From the NCBI RefSeq assembly GCF_014207535.1, contig NZ_JACHGK010000003.1, forward strand, positions 232,635 to 256,634: DNA of 24,000 nt, given 5' to 3'. The notes under the pieces were generated by a model, which saw nothing but the letters and a program-made list of their open reading frames with translations, was not told the origin of the DNA and searched no databases. Made by a program: the position numbers and the translations under genes. Within the stretch, counting starts at the first letter, position 1; each line of letters starts with the position of its first letter. Shown here in pieces: positions 8,659 through 15,061 of this stretch. The stretch is from Bacillus benzoevorans (lineage in GTDB: Bacteria; Bacillota; Bacilli; Bacillales; Cytobacillaceae).

Positions 8659-8954
8659 CGTTACTCCTCCTTTAGTATGTAATAAGTCATGTATGAACGA
8701 TTAGTTATCCTTATATTTATGTTTATTCATCAGAATGAATTTTAACACAAAGCCTGCTATATGCAATATAAAATATTATTGTTATATAATATTTTATATT
8801 CTGTAAAATCACCTAAATCTCTTTTATATCTTATATTGTAATCAAAACCAACATAAAATATTATCCATAAATAAAAAAATCCAATAATCTATTGACTATC
8901 GGATTGCTAAGTTTATCTATATTCAAATTACAGAAACCTATGGTGGATCTTGTA

Positions 8955-9395
8955 TTATACTTCTTCGCAATACTGCTCAAATGCCTGCTGTAATTTTTGT
9001 ATAACAGCCATTGGCTCATGCCCTTCAATTTCGTGCCGCTCGATCATCGTTACGATTTTACCGTCTTTTAACAGGGCAAAAGATGGTGAGGATGGTGCAT
9101 AACCTGTGAAGTATGAACGTGCTTTTTCTGTAGCCTCTTTGTCCTGTCCGGCAAATACCGTCACTAAATGATCAGGACGTTTGTCATAATGCAGAGAATG
9201 ATTGGCTGCAGGGCGGGCAATACCTCCGGCACATCCACAGATGGAATTAATCATCACAAGCGTTGTGCCTTGTTTTGCAAGGGCCGCTTCCACTTCCTCT
9301 GTGGTTTTTAATTCGGTATAGCCTGCGTTCGCGATTTCCTGACGTGCCTGAAGGACGGCATCGTTCATAAACAGGTTGAAATCAATATTATTCAT
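8955..9395 (-). CDS. brxB: Bacilliredoxin (YphP/YqiW family, BrxB-like)
   Basis: 146-aa DUF1094-type thioredoxin-fold protein with the diagnostic CGC redox motif ([10 protein letters not shown]). It is adjacent to the art operon, as yqiW is in B. subtilis. Confidence 0.8.
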   Translation of the reverse strand: MNNIDFNLFMNDAVLQARQEIANAGYTELKTTEEVEAALAKQGTTLVMINSICGCAGGIARPAANHSLHYDKRPDHLVTVFAGQDKEATEKARSYFTGYAPSSPSFALLKDGKIVTMIERHEIEGHEPMAVIQKLQQAFEQYCEEV

Positions 9396-9428
9396 AAGAT
9401 CGCTCCTTTTTCATTTTAATGCATTTAC

Positions 9429-9457
9429 ATCATAACAATAGTGTTATTTGCGATCAA
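9429..9457 (-). promoter_or_regulatory. Sigma-A promoter of brxB with extended -10
   Basis: The minus strand reads TTGATC, 17 nt, TATGAT, preceded by TGt. It lies about 30 nt upstream of the AAAGGAG RBS. Confidence 0.5.
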
Positions 9458-9656
9458 ATATGTTGCTTTGTAGTCTGTAAACATCTGCTGAAATCGCACT
9501 TTACAGTTTACTGCTGGAAGAAGGAAAATAATTAGCAAAACGAATAATACAAGATAGCTAAAGCATAGTGTTTTATATCAGGCTAAAGGGCTCATTATCT
9601 TCCTTTACTTTCTGGCTCAGGTTATTAAACGCCGCAAAACGAAAGGGCTGGCTGCT

Positions 9657-9836
9657 TTGTACCGACAGAAACGTACGCCGATCATTATGGTTTTGTCCTC
9701 GATTTTACTGGTTTTTCTTGTCATACACGTGGTTCGCAGTATAAAGATATACATTGTCTACACTTCAGGGATTCTCCCTTTTTTCATCATTGGACTCATC
9801 ATCACAGGAATCGTAGTTCTTTATTGCAAACGGTAG
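9657..9836 (+). CDS. Possible small membrane protein (59 aa from TTG; 49 aa from an internal ATG)
   Basis: GAAAGGG RBS, 8 nt, then TTG at 9657. Translation: LYRQKRTPIIMVLSSILLVFLVIHVVRSIKIYIVYTSGILPFFIIGLIITGIVVLYCKR, with two hydrophobic helices. The frame is open from 9558 and encodes a third helix with no start codon. This is a weak call. Confidence 0.3.
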   Translation: MYRQKRTPIIMVLSSILLVFLVIHVVRSIKIYIVYTSGILPFFIIGLIITGIVVLYCKR

Positions 9837-9932
9837 CACTAGCATTGGAAATTTCAAGACTGCAGAATATCTGTCCATTTCTTTTTTTCTGAAAAATCAA
9901 TTCAATGGGATATCTGCAGCCTTCATTTATCC

Positions 9933-10700
9933 TTAAAGGATCTTATCCATCTCCTCTAGAACCTTTCCGATCGAATCATTGATACAAAAGGTATCAGCAC
10001 TGTGGTCGTATGGAGTTTCCCCAATATTAACGATGATCATCGGTGCGGCATTTTTTCGATGCTGTGGAAACGTAGAGAACGGGGTCACCTTTAAGCTTGA
10101 ACCGAGCACCAGGATGCAATCCGCTTCAAAGATCATGTTTAAAATAGTCTCAAATCCTTTTTGCGTAAACCATTCCCCCGCATCGCCGTACAAAACAACA
10201 TCCGGTTTAATATAACGGTCCTCCACATGGTGCGTATTACATTCATGACAGATGTAGAATTCTTCCATCTTCTTGCCCCTATGCACCATTTCTTCCGTCG
10301 TATAACTCCGACCACAATGAAGACAAGCAGCGGTGGCAATCGTACCATGGAATTCAATCACATTCTTGCTGCCTGCCATTTGATGGAGGCCGTCAATATT
10401 CTGCGTAATAATATGCGACACTTTCCCCGCCCTTTCCCATTTCGCCAAAATCTCATGACCCTTATTCGGAAGGGCTTCTGGATGATAAAGATGTTCAAGG
10501 GCAAATTGATAAAACTCATTTGGATATTCATAAAAATAGTCCAGAGAAAGGACATATTCCGGGGCTAATGTATAAATTCCTTTGCTGGAACGAAAATCTT
10601 TAATGCCTGATTCCGTACTGATTCCCGCGCCGGTTAGGACGACAATATTGCGGGCATTTCTAATGAAATTTGTACATGTTGCGATCATGTCTTGATTCAT
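9933..10700 (-). CDS. NAD-dependent protein deacetylase/deacylase, Sir2 (sirtuin) family
   Basis: Rossmann motif GAGISTESGIKDFRS, catalytic QNIDGLH, and a Zn ribbon CLHC...CHEC. The start is set at MNQDM (10700) behind a strong AGGAGTGGG RBS. The track start at 10736 has none. Confidence 0.9.
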   Translation of the reverse strand: MNQDMIATCTNFIRNARNIVVLTGAGISTESGIKDFRSSKGIYTLAPEYVLSLDYFYEYPNEFYQFALEHLYHPEALPNKGHEILAKWERAGKVSHIITQNIDGLHQMAGSKNVIEFHGTIATAACLHCGRSYTTEEMVHRGKKMEEFYICHECNTHHVEDRYIKPDVVLYGDAGEWFTQKGFETILNMIFEADCILVLGSSLKVTPFSTFPQHRKNAAPMIIVNIGETPYDHSADTFCINDSIGKVLEEMDKIL

Positions 10701-10746
10701 TTTTCCCACTCCTGATAGTTCACTCTTTATAATCATAATAAATGTA

Positions 10747-11649
10747 TCATGATAAAAGTAAATCCTTCAATGCAGTTTCCAATGCAGGGTAGGAAAATTT
10801 AAAGCCATTTTCCAGCAATTGCTCTGGTAGAACGTACTGTCCTTCCAGCACAAGTTTGCTTTTTTGCCCAAGTGCCAGCTTCATCATAAAAGCAGGAACG
10901 GGCAGCCAATGCGGCCGATGCAGGACAGAGCCAATCGTTTCGCCGAAGTCTTTCATATTTACCGGATTTGGTGCCGTGACATTAACAGGTCCATGTAATG
11001 AGCCATGATCTAGAGCAAAACAAATAGATCGTGCCACGTCTTTGGCATGGACCCATGATACCCACTGTTTGCCGGAGCCAACAGTGCCCCCGGCAAATAA
11101 TTTATAGGGGAGCGCCATTAGCGGCAGTGCCCCGCCTTCTTTGCCCAATACAACACCAAATCTCATCATGACCGTTCGGATGCCGTAATCTGCAGCAACA
11201 AGGGCTTTCTTTTCCCAATCAGCCACCGTCCGCGCCAGAAAATCATCCGCCTTTTCTCGTGACTTTTCCGTATAAATCGCCTCTTCTGATGCAGGGTAAA
11301 TCCCGATCGCACTGGCATTCACGAACACAGCCGGTTTTTCTTCCAGAGCAGCGATAATTCTCAGCAGTTCATTCGTCGCCGTCATTCGGCTTTCATATAT
11401 TTGCTGCTGATGCTTTTGACTCCAACGTCCGGCATTAATCGAAACACCGGCTAAATTAATGAAAGCATCGGCCCGTTCGATTTCCTGTTCCGGTGCCGCT
11501 CCTTCACCAAGCCATCTCACATAAAAAACCTTTCCATCCACAGGTTTCAGTCCCCGTGATAATATGACGATTTCATGCCCTTTATCAAGAAGTATCTCCG
11601 TTAGTTTCTGCCCAACAAACCCAGTCCCTCCCGCAATAACGATCTTCAC
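10747..11649 (-). CDS. TIGR01777-family NAD(P)-binding epimerase/dehydratase-like protein (YfhF/YfcH-like, with DUF1731 C-terminus)
   Basis: N-terminal GGTGFVG dinucleotide-binding motif, 300 aa, atypical SDR architecture with a conserved C-terminal extension. Confidence 0.8.
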   Translation of the reverse strand: MKIVIAGGTGFVGQKLTEILLDKGHEIVILSRGLKPVDGKVFYVRWLGEGAAPEQEIERADAFINLAGVSINAGRWSQKHQQQIYESRMTATNELLRIIAALEEKPAVFVNASAIGIYPASEEAIYTEKSREKADDFLARTVADWEKKALVAADYGIRTVMMRFGVVLGKEGGALPLMALPYKLFAGGTVGSGKQWVSWVHAKDVARSICFALDHGSLHGPVNVTAPNPVNMKDFGETIGSVLHRPHWLPVPAFMMKLALGQKSKLVLEGQYVLPEQLLENGFKFSYPALETALKDLLLS

Positions 11650-11905
11650 CGCTTCTCCCTCCTGCTATCCTCTTTTACTAAAAAAACCATTGCTGCTATT
11701 AAAATAACCTTCTAAACCAATCCGCTGCAATAAATAAAAGAATCCATTTTGAAAAAAAGATTGATCAAAGGTGATTCTTATCTAGAATAGAAAAGTTTCA
11801 ATTTAATATATATTGCTCATTTGCTGTCTGTGCTGCACTACAATTGCCTCTTTGTTTAACAAAAACCTTCTAAGAACATAAAATCAATGTGCCCTAAATA
11901 TGATA

Positions 11906-12211
11906 TCAAGGCTTCGGATTAATCCCCACCCAGGATAGTCCGATCATTAAAAAGGTAAAAACGAAAATAAACAAACTAATCCCAATTCCCCAAAATGCAT
12001 GTAATCTTGATTTTTTAGATGTAATCATCCCAAATAGCCCTAAGAAAAAGCCCACAATTGGCAGGTTAACGAGAAGCGTTTTTGGAAAATCGTCAATATC
12101 CATTAATAATGTAATATTAACCCCCGCTAGTGCGATAAGAGCGACCAGGAAGGATAGGAATCCCATAATGGCTGGCAGTTTTCTTAGATTTTCTTTGTTC
12201 TTATTGTTCAT
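11906..12211 (-). CDS. Small membrane protein, YhdK-like third gene of the ECF operon
   Basis: 101 aa with 3 TM helices. Its ATG overlaps the anti-sigma stop (ATGA). The size and position match the B. subtilis sigma-M negative effector YhdK (96 aa). Confidence 0.55.
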   Translation of the reverse strand: MNNKNKENLRKLPAIMGFLSFLVALIALAGVNITLLMDIDDFPKTLLVNLPIVGFFLGLFGMITSKKSRLHAFWGIGISLFIFVFTFLMIGLSWVGINPKP

Positions 12212-13233
12212 TTCCAGTTCCATAGCTTCACTTCCCCCACCTTCATGATTCTAATCAATTCGTTATCCTTTAGTTTTCTTAATTCCGGAGTTGGTCCTGT
12301 GACTACTGCTCCATAGACTTGGATCCCATTTTTCTCGATATACGGGATTCTTTTTTTTAAAGCTAGCGATCTTGCCCGTGATATTTTCTCGGCTGTTTTT
12401 TCATCCTTGGCAAGGAATTTTAAACTATCTAAGAATACTTTCTCATTTGATTTACCTCGTCCATTAAATGGTGACCATGTAGTGGTATCGACCTGCAGCG
12501 GATAGCCGATTGGCGCAACCGAAGATCCCGCTTCATATAAAATCTTATCCTCAAGCCCCGTATCAACAGCTGCCCATCTTACCTCGACATTGTTTCCAAG
12601 CTGTTTTTCAAGCTCCTCCGGTTTCATTACTTGATTCAAAGAAAGATATATTTCCCCCACCGTTCCATCCGGCAGATGTTCGAGAATCTCCCAGTCCGAA
12701 TGGACGTTTTTGCCATATGGCCCGTCCGGATGATAAAGCATGTCGGTCTCCATGTCTCCCGTAATGGGAAGCGGCCTTTCCAGTTTCATATCCCGCTCAG
12801 GAAAATTTGGCTGATCCAAGGCAAAATTAACCGAGTAATCCCCTGCTTTATAATCTGCTTTCCCAATCCGCTTAAACACATCAAAATAAAGATTCATTGT
12901 AAAAAATCCGATATCCTCTTCTAACTCCATCTCTTCTACACTCATATTTGGTTCCGTTACATAAATAGTTTTTGTGGCGATGTCAATGAGATGGTTCGCT
13001 TTTCCGCCAATCGCGTAATACAAATAACTGCTTAACGTAAGCACTGGCACAATTAGTAATAATACAGCGAGGCTGATCATAATATTTGTCATAAATGCAT
13101 GATTTCTTCCCATTTTAATCAGTCTTTTTTGCTTTTGTTCCGATACCTTATAGCTTTTTTCATAGTCTTGCATCGATTCATTTAAAAAAGATTGATAAAG
13201 TTCCTCATCGTTTTGCTTTTGCTCTTTATCCAT
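12208..13233 (-). CDS. Membrane-anchored anti-sigma factor (YhdL-like)
   Basis: 341 aa. It has an acidic cytoplasmic N-terminus, a single TM helix (AFMTNIMISLAVLLLIVPVLTL) and a large extracytoplasmic domain. It overlaps the sigma gene stop by 8 nt and has no HxxxCxxC zinc motif, as in YhdL. Confidence 0.7.
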   Translation of the reverse strand: MDKEQKQNDEELYQSFLNESMQDYEKSYKVSEQKQKRLIKMGRNHAFMTNIMISLAVLLLIVPVLTLSSYLYYAIGGKANHLIDIATKTIYVTEPNMSVEEMELEEDIGFFTMNLYFDVFKRIGKADYKAGDYSVNFALDQPNFPERDMKLERPLPITGDMETDMLYHPDGPYGKNVHSDWEILEHLPDGTVGEIYLSLNQVMKPEELEKQLGNNVEVRWAAVDTGLEDKILYEAGSSVAPIGYPLQVDTTTWSPFNGRGKSNEKVFLDSLKFLAKDEKTAEKISRARSLALKKRIPYIEKNGIQVYGAVVTGPTPELRKLKDNELIRIMKVGEVKLWNWK

Positions 13234-13717
13234 CTTGCCTCCTCCTTTCCTTTACCCTTTCAACTACCTTTTTCCTTCCCCTTGATAAATGGCTCTTCAG
13301 GGTATTTATATTAAATTGCAGAATTTCAGCCGCTTCTTTTAAACTTACCTGGTGCAAATCACAAAGCAGCACTGCATGCATTTCACTCTCCTTTAAGGAA
13401 TGAATATCGTTCATGAGTTCCCTAAAGCCTTCTTTCTCTAAAAGATCCATTTCCGGTGTTTTCATGTCCATTCGATTATGTACTTCATCGGTAATGACCA
13501 GCCTTTTATATTTTCTAGTAAAATCGATAAAAGCATGATAGGCCACTTTAAAGAGCCAAGGTTTAATTTGGCTAATGTCATCTCCCGCTAACTGGAGAAA
13601 CGCTCGGTAAAACGTCTCCTGAACTAAATCCTCCGCAGTATGATGATTCTTCGAAAGGGCAAATAAGTAGCGATAAAGATCATCTACATACACTTCAAAC
13701 GCCTCATCTAAATCCAT
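13226..13717 (-). CDS. sigM: ECF (group 4) RNA polymerase sigma factor, SigM-like
   Basis: Region 2 (AEDLVQETFYRAF...KPWLFKVAYHAFIDFTRK) and a region 4 helix-turn-helix (SLKEAAEILQFNINTLKSHLSRGRKKV). It is 163 aa from the ATG at 13717 behind a G-rich RBS. The three-gene operon has the same gene sizes as B. subtilis sigM-yhdL-yhdK. The ECF assignment is firm; the SigM orthology is an inference. Confidence 0.8.
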   Translation of the reverse strand: MDLDEAFEVYVDDLYRYLFALSKNHHTAEDLVQETFYRAFLQLAGDDISQIKPWLFKVAYHAFIDFTRKYKRLVITDEVHNRMDMKTPEMDLLEKEGFRELMNDIHSLKESEMHAVLLCDLHQVSLKEAAEILQFNINTLKSHLSRGRKKVVERVKERRRQDG

Positions 13718-13738
13718 TTCCCCCCCCTTCACTCTACC

Positions 13739-13765
13739 CACGAAGCAACCTTATAAAAAGTTGCA
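13739..13765 (-). promoter_or_regulatory. ECF-type autoregulatory promoter
   Basis: The minus strand reads TGCAAC (13765..13760), 17 nt, CGTG (13742..13739). This fits the AAC / CGT pattern of Bacillus ECF promoters and sits about 20 nt upstream of the RBS. Confidence 0.55.
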
Positions 13766-13910
13766 AAATCGGAAAATTTTTAATTTTTCTATTTTTACTA
13801 TAAAACTATTTTTGAGAAATGAAGTCTAAGCTAAAGTATCCACAAAACAGTTGGAGACCTCTAGCGAAATTGGCATCAATTGCAATAGGCTCCCTCCTAA
13901 TAATTTACGC

Positions 13911-13937
13911 AAAAAAACTGGCAAAAAGTAATGCCAG
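13911..13937 (-). terminator. Rho-independent terminator after yjdF
   Basis: CTGGCA / TGCCAG stem. On the minus strand it is followed by T7 (the complement of the A7 at 13911-13917), 14 nt after the yjdF stop. Confidence 0.65.
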
Positions 13938-13950
13938 CAATAAAATAATC

Positions 13951-14364
13951 CTATTTACCCCTATGTTTATTTTTAGCCTTCAGTATTTTTTTCTCTCTCT
14001 TATCCTGTTTCTGCTTGTCTCTAAGTTGTTTGTTTTTCATTACTTTTTCTTTTTTTCGCAGGTCATATTGTTCTTTGATTGCTTCTTGTGCTTTTGTAGA
14101 AACGCCCGCTTGCTTTATTTCTTTGGAAACTATTCTTTGAAGTCTTTTAGGGTTTATTTTCTTTTGAATATCTTGGTCAGCAATTAATCCCTTTTGCTTA
14201 TTTCGCTCAATAAGAGACAACAAATCACTGTAAATAAATTCCAATACATCTTGGTCATTTGGTTCTGGGCCGAAAATATTCCGATAGGCTCTAAGGGTAT
14301 TTCCATCTACTGTTTCCACAATACCTACATAAAATTGACCATCATAATAAATGGTTAGTTTCAC
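13951..14364 (-). CDS. yjdF: YjdF family protein (DUF2992)
   Basis: From the GTG at 14364 (GAGGAGGG RBS 7 nt upstream) the protein reads VKLTIYYDGQFYVGIVETVDGNTLRAYRNIFGPEP...KKINPKRLQRIVSKEIKQAGVSTKAQEAIK...KNKHRGK. This is the characteristic YjdF N-terminal beta domain plus a lysine-rich tail. The upstream 58 codons of the track ORF cover the riboswitch and are not coding. Confidence 0.8.
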   Translation of the reverse strand: MKLTIYYDGQFYVGIVETVDGNTLRAYRNIFGPEPNDQDVLEFIYSDLLSLIERNKQKGLIADQDIQKKINPKRLQRIVSKEIKQAGVSTKAQEAIKEQYDLRKKEKVMKNKQLRDKQKQDKREKKILKAKNKHRGK

Positions 14365-14478
14365 TATAGGTCCCTCCTCAAAAAAATATTGGAATGATGG
14401 ACATCCCGAGGAGGGGAAGGTTACTGACAACTTCAAAGTTGCATTCGGACTACCAACCGAATCGTGTTTTTTCATTCC
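14365..14478 (-). promoter_or_regulatory. yjdF-motif (azaaromatic-responsive) riboswitch-like leader
   Basis: A structured 5' leader directly upstream of a yjdF gene.
- A 7-bp P1 (GGAAUGA at 14478..14472 with UCAUUCC at 14397..14391) encloses two hairpins.
- The hairpins are AUUCGG/CCGAAU and CAACU/AGUUG.
- CCCUCCUC (14415..14408) is perfectly complementary to the SD GAGGAGGG (14379..14372).
- Class assignment rests on gene context and remembered motif architecture. It has not been verified with a covariance model. Confidence 0.6.
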
Positions 14479-14580
14479 GTTTCCATTGTATAATTTTCCC
14501 AAAACTTTGAAAACCCTTTTGGTGAGTTTATTCCACAAATATGTACAGCGGTATTAAATCAAATATAATGGCTATTTAGC

Positions 14581-14613
14581 AAAAAAAGTTGGGAGGTTGA
14601 CCATCTCCCAACT
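14581..14613 (-). terminator. Strong minus-strand rho-independent terminator upstream of the yjdF promoter
   Basis: A 9-bp stem, AGTTGGGAG (14587-14595) with CTCCCAACT (14605-14613), and a U7 tail on the minus strand only (A7 at 14581-14587). Confidence 0.75.
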
Positions 14614-14619
14614 ATAAAA

Positions 14620-14790
14620 TCAAGCGAAGGCACTTGTGCAAACGCATTCAGAGGAATGTGATTCTTCGCAAATGTTCTGACACTACCTAGGAGTGAGGGT
14701 ACTTTCGAGTGCCTTTGAAGTCGGTAGTTTAAGAACCTCGGTATTTCAATACCGAGAGGTTCAGAATAACGGTTCTTCTTTATTAGATAA
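14620..14790 (+). ncRNA. Unassigned structured RNA domain (candidate leader/riboswitch or sRNA); strand assignment is tentative
   Basis: - A 10-bp long-range helix (14625-14634 with 14708-14717) closes a ~73-nt multi-helix region.
- A 7-bp hairpin carries an AGAG tetraloop (14643-14660).
- A 13-bp hairpin spans 14733-14762.
- The repeated hexamer TCGGTA allows alternative pairing.
- G-U pairs favour the plus strand.
- A TGTACA-16-TATAAT promoter lies at 14542-14569.
- I recognise no match to any riboswitch consensus. Confidence 0.35.
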
Positions 14791-14824
14791 TTTCAAAAAT
14801 AGCGGCATTACAAACAGGACCACA

Positions 14825-15061
14825 ATGATCAAAGAAAGTTCTAAAAGAAGTGTAGATTTTAATGATAAATCAAACATTACAGAGAATGGTATAGTGATAA
14901 TTGGCAATAGAACAAATAGAGTAATTTCCTGTTGGACAAATGATAATGATTGTGGGCTATGGTCTGACTTTCATGGTATTACAATTTTGTTCCGTGATAT
15001 ACTACTAGGGATTTTTAAGCAAAACAATAACTGGGAAAAGGATGATGCAAAATGGCATTAG
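14825..15061 (+). CDS. Hypothetical 78-aa protein overlapping the VOC gene start
   Basis: ATG at 14825 behind a weak AGGA RBS with 5-nt spacing. The stop TAG (15059-15061) overlaps the VOC ATG (15052) by 10 nt. It is AT-rich with no recognisable motif. The longer track ORF (14693..) runs through the structured RNA and is rejected. Confidence 0.3.
   Translation: MIKESSKRSVDFNDKSNITENGIVIIGNRTNRVISCWTNDNDCGLWSDFHGITILFRDILLGIFKQNNNWEKDDAKWH

Noticed and set aside
8715-8735. ATTCA-N6-TGAAT near the artP promoter as an ArgR/AhrC ARG box
   Set aside because: The orientation and spacing are inverted relative to the TGAAT-N8-ATTCA ARG-box layout. There is only a single copy, in AT-rich DNA.
9933-10700. 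A Sir2-domain protein as a possible anti-phage defence component (Thoeris/DSR/SIR2-HerA-like)
   Set aside because: It is a compact ~255-aa canonical sirtuin. It has an intact Rossmann motif, the catalytic His and a Cys4 zinc ribbon. It has no extra sensor or effector domains and no partner gene (no HerA, TIR, pAgo or SLOG). The context is housekeeping.
13819-14187. A 122-aa plus-strand ORF (low-complexity, F/L-rich)
   Set aside because: It is antisense to the lysine-rich tail of yjdF and to its terminator. The poly-K codons (AAA/AAG) read as F/L on the opposite strand. It has no RBS.
14365-14538. An N-terminal 58-codon extension of the yjdF ORF (195 aa in the track)
   Set aside because: The extension runs through the promoter and the structured leader. 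A GAGGAGGG RBS sits 7 nt before the internal GTG, where the conserved YjdF sequence (VKLTIYYDGQF) begins.
14733-14790. A preQ1-I-like sequence (GAGAGGTTC...)
   Set aside because: It lacks the complementary CCUCU strand and the A-rich tail/ACUA pseudoknot arrangement of preQ1-I. The segment is better explained as the 3' arm of the 13-bp hairpin.
14693-14824. A GTG-initiated 122-aa ORF spanning the structured RNA region
   Set aside because: The first 44 codons overlap strong hairpins and the long-range helix. There is no RBS at 14693. At most the distal 78 codons (from the ATG at 14825) are plausible.
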